Below, in pieces: positions 1-11,857 of a stretch of DNA of 64,000 bases (the first letter of the stretch is position 1; each line of letters starts with the position of its first letter). Location of the stretch: positions 372,001 through 436,000 of the forward strand of contig OZ251253.1 of the NCBI GenBank assembly GCA_965240325.2, read 5' to 3'. Position numbers and translations under genes: made by a program. Below the pieces are notes generated by a model. It worked only from the letters and a program-made list of their open reading frames with translations, was not told where the DNA came from and searched no databases. The stretch comes from Rebecca billardiae RCC1528. Taxonomy: Eukaryota; Protista; Haptophyta.

Positions 1-412
1 CGTCGGGGGGCGGTGGAGCAGGGGCCGACGCCGTCGGTGGTGCGCGCGGCCGCGCAGCACACCTCAGCCCCAGGCCGGGCCTGGCCGATCACTCGGGCGG
101 CGTGGCCACTCGAAGTGGGGCGCAAGCGTTCTGCTGAGTCCCGCGCGACGATCCGTCAAAGGGAGACGGTGCGCGCGAGGCCGTGCCGGCTTGCTTCGGA
201 CTGCGGACGATGCGGCCCCTGCCGGGGGCCACGACCAGGTCGAACGAGTGATGAACGAGTTGAACGACTTACACTGTACGTACAGTACAGTTTACTGCAC
301 AGTGTAATGTACGTACTAGTACACGACTGTAGATCTGAGAGGGAGAACTGAAACAGACTTGTTGCCTTGGGACCGCCGTCGTCGTCAGCCCCGCTGCACG
401 CGCGCGCGCGCG

Positions 413-1879
413 ATGATGGCAGCGGCGCTCGCGACGCACCTCTGCCTCCTCTCCGCCGGCTTCGCGCGTCCGGCGGCGCTGCGCCTGCCCGTCGGCGCGC
501 GCGTGTATGCGCCGCCGCCGACGCCCCCGCTCCGCCGCCTCGCGCCGCACGCGGCTGCGGCCGCGCGCGTCGTCGCGTCGTCGAGCGCGGCCGAGGGCGG
601 CGGCGCCGGCGCCGACGACGCGCCGACGGTGCTGGTCGACGGGAAGCCGGTGGGCGCGGGCACGCCGGTGATCTGCGCGGACGACTTTGGCGCGTGGTGG
701 ATGGCCACCGTCGTCTCCGTCCGCGTGCGCGAGCCCGAGACTGCCGACGTGCTTGTGCATTACGACGGCTGCGATCCGGGGTGGGACGAGTGGATAGCGC
801 TGGGATCCGGGCGGGTGCAGCCGCGGCCGACGACGGGCGTGGCGCCGGAGCAGGAGACGTGGCGGGACGTGGGCGAGGACCTCGACGAGGTCGCCGACGC
901 CGAGCTCCTCGCCACGCTCCGCGCCGAGCGGCAGGCCACCATCGACCAGTGGCAGTTCAACACGCTCTGCTCGGCGCACGCGGGCGCGTGGGTGGGCGAG
1001 TGCGTCCGTTACGAGGCGAGGCGTAACGGCGGCGCGGCGGGCGCGGGCGGGCTCACGCTCGAGCCGTCCGAGCCGCGGTGCGTGCGCTCCCTCGTGCTCC
1101 CGCGCTCGGACGACGGCACCGCCGCCGCGCGCTCGCTCACGCTCGCCGAGGCGGCCGTGGACGCGCGCGGGATTCCGCAGGACTCGTCCGGACGCTCCCG
1201 GACTCTCGTGCCGCAGGAGCTGCGCGCGGCGCGCGGCGCGATGGCTGTGGGCGACGCGTACACCGTCGCGTACAGCCCGGAGCCCGGCGCGCCGCCCGAC
1301 GACCAGCCGCTCGTCCTTGAGCTCGCCATCGCCCACGACCCGCTGCGCACGCCCGGCGCGGCCGACGCGCGCGCGCTCGCGAGCGAGGCCGCCGCGCGCG
1401 CCGGCGTCGAGCACCAGGCGGAGGCGTTCACCCGGCTGCGCTGCACGCTGGGCTACGCGCCGTTCGACGCCGACGCGCGGCGGCTCGAGTGGGTCGAGAT
1501 CGTGCGCGAGATGTACGCGGGCGACGAGCCCGCGGGCTCGGCGGGCGCGGCGGGCGGCGCGCCGGACGCGGTCCGCGCCGCGCTCGGCACGGTCGCGTGC
1601 GCCGCGCACGGCGGCCCCGCGGGCACGGGCCTGTACGACGGCGAGGCGCAGCTGGGCGGCGCCGAGCTGTACAGCTTGTACGCGCCCGGCGGCGTCACCG
1701 TCGTCGCGCCCGCCGCGCTGCGCCGCGGCGCGCCCGCGGCGCTCTCGGTCGACTGGGAGGCGCGTGGCATGCGGTATCAGGCCGATAGGAAGGCGGGCGG
1801 GGAGCACGACGGCTCCCTGCTCACGCTCGAGCTCACGGAGGCGGAGGGCTCGGACGCGAAGGGGCGGGAGGGCGCGTGA
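413..1879 (+). CDS. Signal/transit-peptide protein with Tudor-knot (chromo-barrel) domain fused to a DUF3598-like beta-barrel domain
   Basis: ATG 413, no evident intron. Hydrophobic N-terminus (MMAAALATHLCLLSAGF). VLVHYDGCDPGWDEWI matches the chromo-barrel/Tudor-knot motif. QWQFNTLCSAHAGAWVGECVRY and the C-terminal RYQADRK..GSLLTLELTE resemble DUF3598 ends. Confidence 0.7.
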   Translation: MMAAALATHLCLLSAGFARPAALRLPVGARVYAPPPTPPLRRLAPHAAAAARVVASSSAAEGGGAGADDAPTVLVDGKPVGAGTPVICADDFGAWWMATVVSVRVREPETADVLVHYDGCDPGWDEWIALGSGRVQPRPTTGVAPEQETWRDVGEDLDEVADAELLATLRAERQATIDQWQFNTLCSAHAGAWVGECVRYEARRNGGAAGAGGLTLEPSEPRCVRSLVLPRSDDGTAAARSLTLAEAAVDARGIPQDSSGRSRTLVPQELRAARGAMAVGDAYTVAYSPEPGAPPDDQPLVLELAIAHDPLRTPGAADARALASEAAARAGVEHQAEAFTRLRCTLGYAPFDADARRLEWVEIVREMYAGDEPAGSAGAAGGAPDAVRAALGTVACAAHGGPAGTGLYDGEAQLGGAELYSLYAPGGVTVVAPAALRRGAPAALSVDWEARGMRYQADRKAGGEHDGSLLTLELTEAEGSDAKGREGA

Positions 1880-3650
1880 GCGAGCGGGCAGGCTGCGCCC
1901 GCCGCGCACCGCCACGCACCGCCACCGCGGCGCGCGTCCATCAGGGCCGACGACCGACCTCGTGAGCGCGCGACGCGCGCGTGTTGCTGTCAGTCAGTCG
2001 CCTGCTGACGAGATGGCACCGGCAGCGACAGCGTCTTTCGATCGGTCTTACACTCATCATCACTCGCATCGCGGCGTCACTCGGCTGCTGGCGGGTGCTG
2101 CCACGATGCTGCCGCGCGCAGCAGGCTCCGGCCGCCACTTCGTCGAGAGAGTACTCTCCGTCGGTCGCGTTTGCCTTATATATTGATTGATATCATTGAT
2201 GATTCGCGGGCGGATCGGACTATACTACCCGGGTACTGCTACTCCGCGAGTGCATCATGCACTCGCTCGTGACCGCGCGACGACGCGACTGAACTGCTGC
2301 AGCCTGTTATACTGCTAAAAGTAAAACGTTAATAAACGACTACGACTACTCGCGGCAGTACTGAGTCGTGACCGTACTTTAGACACCGTCTATATCATCG
2401 TCATTATATAGTATATATACCGCGCGTTGTCACGACGACGACTATATATACGTATACCGACGCATCGGCGCCTCCGCGCCGGGGCCCCGGCAGGCGCTGC
2501 GGTCGATCGGGCCCGCGCGATCGCGGCATTCGATCGGACGGTCTCCGGGGGCCGCGCAGGAATAATAGCGCGGCTGCCGAGGGCTTAGTCGTACCGTGCG
2601 CGGCTACCGAACTATACCGTGCTCGGACCGGAGCGGCCACGGCGCAGGCCACTGAGCTCAGCGGCTCCGAATGACGGTGACGCGGCGCCACGGCCGACTG
2701 TCCGGCGGCTCATCAGCAGAGTCAGATGGCGCGGCGGGCCGCTGATGACGACTTAGACCCGTGACGAGTCGTCCGCCCGTCGACCTGCGCGGCCCGCCGG
2801 CTCGTAGTCGTGACTTACGCGTGCGGCCCGCCGCCCGCGGGCGCCTGGCCGCCTGGCGGCCTCGCCCTCGGCCGACTCTGCAGTCTGCTGATGACTGACG
2901 ACAGGCTCGGCCGCCGCCTGGCAGCGCACGGTCCGGCGGGATCAGTGAATGAAAGTCGGTGCCGTGATGCCACTGATGGCATGAGTGATGGCGACCGCGC
3001 CGGGGCTGATCGACGCCTGTGCGCCCTGTGCTGCTCCGCCGAAATACTACTATACTACTACTAATAATAAGATATATATATTTATATAATATAAGTCCTC
3101 GTAGTCATCAATGCGGCGGCGGAGCTACTAATAGCAGCTGCGCGCTAACAGTAGTAGCTAGCAGTCAGCAGCAGCATGAACATGCATCATGATGCGCGTC
3201 GACGCATGCGCATGTGCTGACGACGATTATGATATGGCCGCGGATGATGCCATGTCGTTAGTCGTAGCGCAGAGTAGATAGACAGTAGTCGCACGCGTCA
3301 GCCGCAGCAGGCACTCGTCGTCAGTCGTCGTCGCGATACGCCCGCTGGCCCGCGCGACGATTAGGCGCGCATGCAGCAGCGTCAGCTCGCGGCGTGGAAT
3401 AATGTGGATCGTGTCGCGAATCGGACACGTCCGGAGTGACGTCGCCGCCGCTACCGTGCATGCTCGCGCGAGCCCGTGGGTGCTCGGCCCCTGCCCCGGG
3501 GCGTCGGGCGCCAGCGCCCCGAGGAGACGCGCGCGCACCGCGACCACAGGGGGTCCCGACCACAGGCCAGGCAGGCGCTGGCTCGGCGGCGCTCGGCAGC
3601 CGCGTGGTGCGCCCGATGCCGCAGACGCCGCGTGCTCGCTGCGGACTTGG

Positions 3651-6600
3651 CTAGGCCAGACTGCGCGGCGGCGTCGCGCTCGGCGGCACAGGCGACGCCG
3701 GCGCGGACGGCGACCTCGACCAGCTGTGCCGCCGGGCGCGGCTGCCGCGGCGCGAGCGCCCGCCCGCGCTTCGGGCGGTCTGATAGAAGAGCGTCGTCGG
3801 CCGCGTGCCCGCCCACGTGGCCGTGAAGCGCTCGTACATCGACGGCTGCTTCGACCAGCGCAGGTAGTAGCAGCCGTGCGCGGGCGCGCGCGCCGTGAGC
3901 TCGCACAGCAGGTATTCACCGAGCCTGCCGTCGAGCCGCGCGACGGTTCGGCGCGAGATTGCAATCTCGAGCGGCACCGCTACCAGCGACTCGGAGGGGC
4001 CGCCGCCGCCATCGGACTGCGCCGCGCCGCCGGGCGTGCGGGGCTCCGCTGGCGACACGTCCGCGCCGCCGTCGGCGCTTGCCGAGGCGGCGTGCGCCGG
4101 CGGCGCGGCGGTAGGGTCGCACAGGAGCACACAGCTCACGGGCAGGGCTGGCAGCGCGGCGTCGGCGGCCGGCGGGCCGGCGCCCGTCGCCGGGCGCCGC
4201 CCCGCCGCCCCGCGCGCCGCCCGCCACGCGCTCGCCGCCATGCCGGCCGCTGCCGCCGACGCGCGCGCGCTCATGCCGGCCGGCGCTGCCGCCGCGCCGC
4301 CCGCGCCTACCGCGCCGCCCGCGCCGCCGCCCGCGCCGCCCGCCCAGTCCTGAACGAGAAAGCGGCAGCGGAGCAGCTCGCCGGCCTCGCGCCAGCCCAC
4401 GTGCGCCTGCGCCACGCCGCCGCCGTCCACGGTGAGCAGTGCCTGCGAGCGCGCGGCGCACAGCGGACCGGGCGGACGGCACACGAAGCCAATAGCAGAA
4501 GCCAATATTTCGGGGGGGGGGACGGAGAATAGAAAAAGGCAAGCGGAAAATGGGCGGCGTGAGACGGGGCGCGGGCCGCGCGCGCGCACGCGGTGCGGTG
4601 GCCGCCGTGGCGCCGGCGCGTTTGTTCGCGCGCCGTCGGACCGGAGCGGCGGCGCGCGCGCGCACCTCGTGCAGGTGTGCGCCCAGATAGCCGTCCCCGC
4701 CTCCGGGCGACTGCGGCTGGGGCGTCGACGGCGGGCTGGGCGCGGAGCCGGAGGCGCCTCCCAGCTTGCCCACTGCGGCACCGGCGCGTGGCGCCGTGAG
4801 CGGCGTGGCGGCGCGTGGCGTGGGCGCGGCCGGCGTCGCCAACGTCGGTCGAGGCGTGGGCGCAGTGGCTGCCGCGGCGGCCGCGCCGGCGACCGGCCCA
4901 GCGGGCGTGCGTGCCGCAGTGGGCGCCAGCGCCACGTTGGGCGCGAGTGCCGCAGTGGGCGCGGGTGCCGCAGTGGGCGCGGCCCCCCCAAGCAACTCCT
5001 CAGCGTCGAGCCGCTCGAGCAGCGCCGCGCGCAGCGCGGCGGCGTTCGCGGCCTGGTCGGTGGCGACCAGGTTGACAATCCACTTGGGGATGATCCCCAT
5101 CGGGTCCAGCTGTGCAGCGGCGGGTCCGGGCCCAGAGAAGTCCGGGGCAGGGGCGGGGCGAGGCGGCGCGGCGCCGGACGGACAGCGCGGGCGGCGGTCA
5201 GTGAGGGGGCGTGGGGCAGCACGGCGCGCGGCGCGCCGGCGGGCCCCGCGGAGCGAGCCAACCCGCGCCGGGCCCCGGCGAGCATCGCGCGTGCACGCAC
5301 ACACACACACGCACACACGCGGCGATCTCGCGCGATCTCGCGCGATCTCGCGCGATCTCGCGCGATCTCGCGCGCGGCGCCACGGGAGACGGCCGCACAC
5401 GCGGCGGCGGGCGCGGCGCCCTCCCGCGCGCGCGGCTGCGCGCGCGCTCGCACCTGCACGACGTAGTTGAGCTGCCACAGCCCGGGCTCGTCCGTCTCGA
5501 CGAAGACGTACCCGGCGGCGAACACCCGCCCGCGCACGTACCCGTGTGTCTGCCACATGTCCGGCGCCTGCTCGCGCGGGGCGTACCGCCGCCGGGGTGG
5601 CGCGTGCGCGCGCGAGAGCGAGCGGGGGTGTCAGGGGCGAGCGTTGGGGGCGGGCGGAGAAGGCGGCGTGCGGGCGTGCGGCGCCATGCCGCACGCCGCC
5701 GCGGCGGGTGGGCGGCGGGTGGGCGCGCGGCCGTGTCTCGATGCTACTCCCCTCCGCTGTGCTGCCCGCGGCGCGCCGCGTGCTGCAACGCGGCCCGGGT
5801 CGCCGCGCTCTGAGCGCCCCGCCCCGGCCGCGTGTGCGCGCACAGCACCGCCGCCCTCCCCGCCCCGCCCGGCCACGGGCGCGCACAGCTGCGCGCGCGC
5901 ACGCGCGCGCGCGCACCTCCTCACGCTCCACCGAGCTGCAGATCGAGAGAAAGGCGCGGCGCCCGTCGGGCGCGAGCGCGTGCGCCGAGTGCTCGAGCCA
6001 GCAGAAGTCGCGCGGCGCGAGCGGCGGCGGCGCGCGGAAGCAGGCCCACTCGACCTGCGTCTTGCCCGCGGGCGGCCGCCCCGCCGCGGCGGGCTCCGGG
6101 CTGCTCAGCCGGCGCGGCGGCCGCGGCGCGGCGGAGGGCGGCGTTGCGACAGCAGGCTCGCCCTGCGTGGCCGCTGCGCCGCCGCCGCCCGCGCGCGCCT
6201 TTGCCGCCGACGCGCCGGGGCTCACGTGCGCCGCGCCCGCGGGCTCCGACGCGCGCTGCGCCCGCGCGCCCTCGCCCTGCACCTCGGCGCTCTCGGGCGG
6301 CAGCGTCAGCAGCACGCGGCCGTCTTGGAACATCGGGTCGACCTTTGCGAGCGCGTGCCGCATCGCGTCCGTGGTGGTGAGCGCGGCGAAGTGGGCGGCG
6401 ACGGTGTCGATCGAAGGGATGGGCAGCGTCGTCACGCCCTTGATCAGCACGACGGGCGACGCGTCCGTGTGCGCGAGGAAGCACTCCGCGCCGTCGACGC
6501 GGCCGCGCGGCTGCCAAGAGATGTCGCCGCCGCCGTCGGAGCGCACCGCGGCCATGGCGTCGCGGACCATCGAGGCGCAGAGCTCGGCGTACTCGGCGCG

Positions 6601-6888
6601 CTCGCGATCGGTCACGTCCGTGCGCGCCATCGACGACAGCTCGTATAGGTTCGAGCGCTTGTGCGAGAGGCGCGCCGGCGGCTTGGCCGCGGGCGCGGCG
6701 AGCCCGGATCCCGTCGGCGCGGACGGCGCGTGCAGGCGACGGCGCAGCACGAGGACGCGGCGGGCGAGGAGGACGATGCGCAGTAGCACGATCGCGTAGA
6801 CGGCGAGCAGTACCGTCGTCGTCGTCCGGGGCGCCTCGAGTACCGCATGCCACGCCGCGGCCCACAGGCTTCCCCACATGCTACCCAT
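3651..6888 (-). CDS. Membrane-anchored START lipid-transfer domain protein with C-terminal GOLD-like domain (4 exons: 6888-5917, 5567-5454, 5109-4666, 4442-3651)
   Basis: N-terminal TM helix. START motifs FRAPPPLAPRDFCWL, GYVRGRV..GYVF and LDPMGIIPKWIVN. GOLD-like YYLRWSK..TTLFYQ. GT..AG introns give exons whose lengths are all multiples of 3. Confidence 0.85.
5322..5372. repeat. 10-bp tandem repeat (GCGATCTCGC)x5 in START gene intron
   Basis: Directly visible. Confidence 0.9.
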
Positions 6889-7264
6889 TTCGTGTTCGGC
6901 GCGGTCGCTCGGCTTCTCGCCGAGTTGGCTGGCGGCTGGCTGTTGCGGCTTGCAGCGCTCACCGCTCTCACGCCGACGACGACGCGCCCGCGCTCCGGCG
7001 CGCAAAGGCGAGCTCGCTTGTGCCCGTTCGGAAGCGGGGAAACGACGATTTCATTCTCTACGAGGGGAAAATGCGGCTCCGGATTGCTGGAAGCAAAATG
7101 CCGTCGGCGCCATGCGGGGCGTTTTGGAGTGGAGTTAGCATTTTCCAGCTACGTCGAATCTTTGGGGTGCCGCGCGTCGCTGCCTCGCTGGCGGCTCCCG
7201 CGCGCTGCCGAGACCCGTGGCACGACGCCCCAACGCGGGCAGCCCGCCCGCCCACGCCCGCTGG

Positions 7265-8041
7265 CTAGCCCCGCTTGAAGAACTTGGCCAGCCTGTTGAT
7301 CAGGCCGAGCGAGCGCAGCTGCCACGACTTGCGGTACGGCTTCGCCTCGGGGAACGGCAGCGGCCGGCCGACGCCCCAGAAGTAGCCGAACGCGCCGCCC
7401 AGCCCGCCCGTGTTGCCCACGCGCCTGTCAATCGGATAGCCCACCGTGAACTCGACCACGTTGCTCGCCTCGTCGAAGATCAGCGAGAACGACTGCGGCG
7501 GAAACTCGAGCGTCTTGCCGGTCGGCTCGCCGAACGCGCCCGTCTTCTTGCCGTCGTGCACGGCGACGACGCGCGAGACGAACCAGACGCGGTTGGGCTG
7601 GAACGGGTCGACGCGGAACGCGTGCCACTGCGGGCGCACGCTGAACGCGTCCTCGATCTTGAAGCTCTCGAGCGCGGCGAGATACTCATCTCGCGGCAGC
7701 GGGCCGATGAACGGCGCGCAGAACTCGAAGCTCTCGGCGAGCACGGCGGGGTCGGCGGTGCCCACCTTCGCCTCGTTGAGCACGTACTTTGCGCGCGCGA
7801 TCAGCGCGTCCGGCTTGACCGGAAACGTCGAGCGCGCGAGCATCGCCGCCTCGTCCACAACGTCCGGCTCGATCGTCGGCGCGATCGTGGCGCTGACGTC
7901 GCCCGCGGTCGCGGTCATGACGGGCGCGGTGCCGGCGCGGCGGGCGAGCGTGCGCGCGACGGGCGCGGTACGCGACACGTGCGCTGCGCCGCCGTGCGCG
8001 GCGACGACGAGCGCGGCGACGAGCGTTGGCGCGCGAAGCAT
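7265..8041 (-). CDS. Conserved algal, probably plastid-targeted SnoaL/NTF2-like protein
   Basis: Signal+transit-like N-terminus (MLRAPTLVAALVVAAHG). Motifs FEFCAPFIGPL, FRVDPFQPNRVWF and TVGYPIDRRVGNTGGLGGAFG..GRPLPFPEAKPY. Strong GC3 codon bias. Confidence 0.75.
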   Translation of the reverse strand: MLRAPTLVAALVVAAHGGAAHVSRTAPVARTLARRAGTAPVMTATAGDVSATIAPTIEPDVVDEAAMLARSTFPVKPDALIARAKYVLNEAKVGTADPAVLAESFEFCAPFIGPLPRDEYLAALESFKIEDAFSVRPQWHAFRVDPFQPNRVWFVSRVVAVHDGKKTGAFGEPTGKTLEFPPQSFSLIFDEASNVVEFTVGYPIDRRVGNTGGLGGAFGYFWGVGRPLPFPEAKPYRKSWQLRSLGLINRLAKFFKRG

Positions 8042-8210
8042 CCTCGGGCGGTGTGCGGGCGATCGACGGCCGAGCGTCCTTGCAGCGAAGCTTCGAGAGA
8101 GCTGGGGAGCCGTTGGTCCGCCGCCGCCGCGCCAGCGCGAAAAGAAAAAGGAGTGGTGCAGCCGTGCTGCGTGGGGCCCGACGCCGCCGCCGCGTGGGCG
8201 CGCCCCCGCC

Positions 8211-9374
8211 ATGGCCGGCCGGCTGATCGACTGCCGCTGCGCGCTCACGTCGAACCTCTTCTCGCACCGCGTCGGTCGGCACTTCCGCTTCGAGGGCGAG
8301 GCCGCCTTCCGCGCCGCGCACGCCGACTACCTCCGCCGGCTCGGCGCGCACGAGGCGGACGCTCTCGTCGCCGAGCTCGAGGCCGAGGTCGCGCGCCGCG
8401 CGGCGCTGCCGGTCGACTCGCGCGCGCGGCGCGAAGCGATCGCGGCGGGGTACACGCGGCGGCACCCCGAGATCTTCGAGCTGCGCGCCGAGTGGCTCGA
8501 CCCGCGCTTCGTCGAGCTCGCGCAGCTCGCGCGCGAGGATCCGTCCGCGCTGCGCGCGCTCGGCCGCGGCGCGGGCGCGCTCGACCTGCGGCGCGTGCCG
8601 GCGCTGCTCCCGGTGTACGACATGCCGGTGCTCTCGGATGCGTTCTGCGAGCGCATCTGCGCCGAGCTCGACGCCTTCGAGGCCGCGCCGCTGCCCAAGG
8701 GCCGGCCCAACTCGATGAATAACTACGGCGTCCTGCTCGACGAATTGGGATTTGGCGATTTCTTGGCGGAGCTGCTGGCGGCGTACATCCGGCCGGTGGC
8801 CGGGGCGCTGTTCGGCGAGGCGGGCGGCGCGGAGGTGGACTCGCACAAGTCGTTCGTCGTGCGCTACCGCATGGGCGAGGACGAGGGCCTCGCGCTGCAC
8901 TACGACAACGCGGAGGTCACGCTCAACGTGAACATTGGCCGTGAATTCGAGGGCGGCGAGCTGATGTTTGGCGGGCACAGCGACGAGGGCTCGGAGCAGG
9001 AGCCGCGCGCGTACCACGCGCACGCGCGCGGGCGCGGCGTGCTGCACCTCGGCGCGCACATGCACCAGGCCCTGCCCATCCTCGCCGGCGAGCGCCTCAA
9101 CTTTGTCGTCTGGGCGCGCGCCGCGCCGTACCGCCGCCGGTGCGGCTGCCCAATGTGCGGCCGCACCGACCAGCTCATCGACCCGGCGGCGGACGAGGGC
9201 GGCGCGCGCGGCGTGCTGCGGTCCGGCGGGGAAGAGAAGCCGCGTGCGCGCGCGCCCGAGATTGCATCTCGGCGCGGCGCGGCGGAGGGCACCGAGCAGA
9301 ACCACGACTCTGCGGACGACGACGTGCTCGCGCTGCTGCGGCCGGAGCAGATCGACGAGTTCATGCGAGGCTGA
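8211..9374 (+). CDS. OGFOD2: 2-oxoglutarate/Fe(II)-dependent oxygenase domain-containing protein 2 homologue
   Basis: RPNSMNNYGVLLDELG, DSHKSFVVRY, HYD (HxD) followed by AEVTLNVNIG..FEGGEL, LHLGAHMHQALPI..GER, and C-terminal CPMC. Confidence 0.88.
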   Translation: MAGRLIDCRCALTSNLFSHRVGRHFRFEGEAAFRAAHADYLRRLGAHEADALVAELEAEVARRAALPVDSRARREAIAAGYTRRHPEIFELRAEWLDPRFVELAQLAREDPSALRALGRGAGALDLRRVPALLPVYDMPVLSDAFCERICAELDAFEAAPLPKGRPNSMNNYGVLLDELGFGDFLAELLAAYIRPVAGALFGEAGGAEVDSHKSFVVRYRMGEDEGLALHYDNAEVTLNVNIGREFEGGELMFGGHSDEGSEQEPRAYHAHARGRGVLHLGAHMHQALPILAGERLNFVVWARAAPYRRRCGCPMCGRTDQLIDPAADEGGARGVLRSGGEEKPRARAPEIASRRGAAEGTEQNHDSADDDVLALLRPEQIDEFMRG

Positions 9375-9676
9375 GCGCGCGGCGCGCGTGAAGGGGGTGT
9401 GTGGCAGGCAGGCCGAGCGGTGCCGGAGGCGTGAGGGCAGCCGCGGCTCCTGCCAGGTGGCTGCCGCCGTTGTTGAATCTGGCCGGGCAGCCCGCTCGAT
9501 GGCGCGGATGGCGGCGCCATGCACAGCAGTCGCCAGCATCGGCACTAGCATCGATCGGCGTCTCGACCGACTCACCGAGCGCGCGCGCGTAGGCCGTTGC
9601 TAGGCCTAGCCCGTACAGCGTAGCCCGTAGGTCATCGTCGTCAGGCCTGCTCGCGTTAATGTTATATATATATATA

Positions 9677-9714
<38 letters not shown>
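9677..9714. repeat. (AAT)n microsatellite
   Basis: Directly visible in an AT-rich island between convergent genes. Confidence 0.9.
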
Positions 9715-9715
<1 letters not shown>

Positions 9716-10137
9716 TCGCGCTTTGACCTGACGATATGCGTATTCCGCGCGCCTATAATATAATGCTTGCGCCTCGTGATCGGACTCCCGCGCAGTGTCA
9801 AGCGCCTGTCATCAAGCGCTATATAGGATGTCTTGCGCTGCTGGCGCGTCGGCGCCGCGCGTCAAGACCGCTGCGCGAACTGACTATTGGCGAGCAGCGC
9901 GACTCCTGATGCTCGTCTGACTCTGAGAGTCTGAGCCTCGTCCGCCCGCGGCCCGGGAAGCACGCTGCACGGGGCCCGTCGGCCTCGTCGCGGAGCGGCA
10001 CAGCAGATCGATGACGCGCGAGATCGGAGACATGCAGCAGCTTTGAGTACTCCGGATCATTCGCGCGCCGCGCTGCCGTGCTGACGACTTGAGCTTTTCG
10101 ACGGCACATGCTGCATCAGAGTCACGGATGAGACCAC

Positions 10138-11857
10138 TCATCCGTGCCGCAGCAATTGGCTCTCGAGCGTGCGCGTGTACTCGAGCTGCGCCTGCGCACG
10201 CGATGCAGGCCCGTCGGCGTCTGTGCTGCTGCGCCGGCAGTCCGGGGAGGTGGGGTGTGGACTGGGTCAGTACCAAGTGAGACTGGGTAGCTTGGTGCAG
10301 CGTGCTGGGCTGCTGGCTGGCGCAACAGTCGCACCGCGCGTGCAGGCATGGGCGGCGCTGCAACGGCAAGATGCAGCGCACCTGGAGCCAGCGTCCGCCA
10401 CCTCGGCGCTCAGCACCTGGCGCAGCACGCGCACGCGCGCAGGGTCCGCCACGTGCTCCGCCACGCGCTCGGCCGCCTGCAGCCACGCGCGCACGCCGCG
10501 CAGCTCGGCCTGCAGCCGCTCGACTAAACACGTGCGCGCATGCAGCTGCATCTTCAGCTCGACGATCATCTCCACCGCAGCGGCAGCCTCGGGAGTCTCG
10601 CCACTGTGAGCGGGCAGCCCGTCAAGGAGCAGCGTGTGGGTAAGGGTGATCAGCGCCGGTCACAAGCGTCGCGAGGAGCGGCGGCGGCTCAGCACCGCTC
10701 TCGCCGGCTGTGTCGGCCAGCGTGTCCGCGGGCGCACAAGCAGCCGCCTCCGCACGCGCACCTGCTGCCGAGTCAATCCCAGCGCTGGCAGGCGCAGGAT
10801 GCTCGGTGGAGGGCGGCGTGGCGGGCTGCGCGTGTGCAGGAGCTGGCTGCACCGCAACAGCGGCAGCGGCTGGGCCTTGCTCAGCCACGCGTGCAGAAGG
10901 GCGGCGGGCAGGCGGCGGCTGCTCGATGGCGGGCTCCGCTGCTGCTGGTCTCTGCGCGGCCACGCTCGTGTATTTGCGTGTCACGCAGCGCTCGTTGAGG
11001 TCGCGCTCGTCAGCCGTGGGGAAGTTGAGCAGCTTGATGCCCACCAGGAGGTGCTCGCGCACGAGTGCATCGTACGCGCGCGCGGCCTCCTCCGCCGTGG
11101 CGCATGTGCCGGTACATACACGCTTCCCCTTGTGACAGACAGCTCCTTGCCATGGTCGTGGGCCCGCCTTGCTGCTGGAATTACAGGTTATCCCCACAAA
11201 GCCGTGGCTCGAGGCCTGTGCGGCGCGACCGGCCTGCAGCTCGAGCTCGCGCTCGTGCGAGGACGGGAAGTTGAGCCGCTTCACGCCGACGAGGCCGTTC
11301 TCGCGCACGAGCGCGTCGTACGCGTGTGCCGCCTCGGCGGCAGTCGCCCGGCCTCCGGGCGCGTAGAAGATGTCGCCCTTGTGCTGTACTTTTGCATACC
11401 ACCGCCTCACGTGTGCAGCGTAGTTCACGCCAAGGAACTCGGAAGGTGAGACGTCGTCCACGCAGGCGGGCTCCGCGCGCTCAGCGCCGCCTGCAACCAC
11501 CGTCTCCGCGTCATCAACCTCGCCGTCCTCCTCCTGGTCGCAGCGCAGGTCAGCATCACGCGGCCGTGCGTCGGTCGTGCCAGACGCCATCCGCTGGGTA
11601 GCGTGTGCGGCGAGCAGCGCGTGCACCGCGCTGGCCCCTTTGAGCCGGCCGCCACGTGACTCGAACACCATCGAGTGCCTGGCCCTCTTGTTCGCGCCTT
11701 CAGCCTCGGGTGCGCTCGGCACTGGGAGGTCCGCGGCACCGTCAGCGTTGGAGCCGCCGGGGTCGAGCTCGAGCTTCGCCGACGTAGCCAGAGCCGTAGC
11801 CGTTTGTATCTGACTGGACGCGGGTGCGCGGCTACCACTCTCTTCGGCGCGCTTCAT
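10138..11857 (-). pseudogene. Double-AP2 domain gene, copy 1 (frameshifted before the conserved coiled-coil tail)
   Basis: Two AP2-like domains (FLGV..W..ATAAEAAHAYD..RLNFP; FVGI..W..TAEEAARAYD..LNFP). A 1-nt insertion creates TGA at 10622-10624, and the conserved tail continues in another frame. Terminal exon 10228-10138. Confidence 0.75.
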
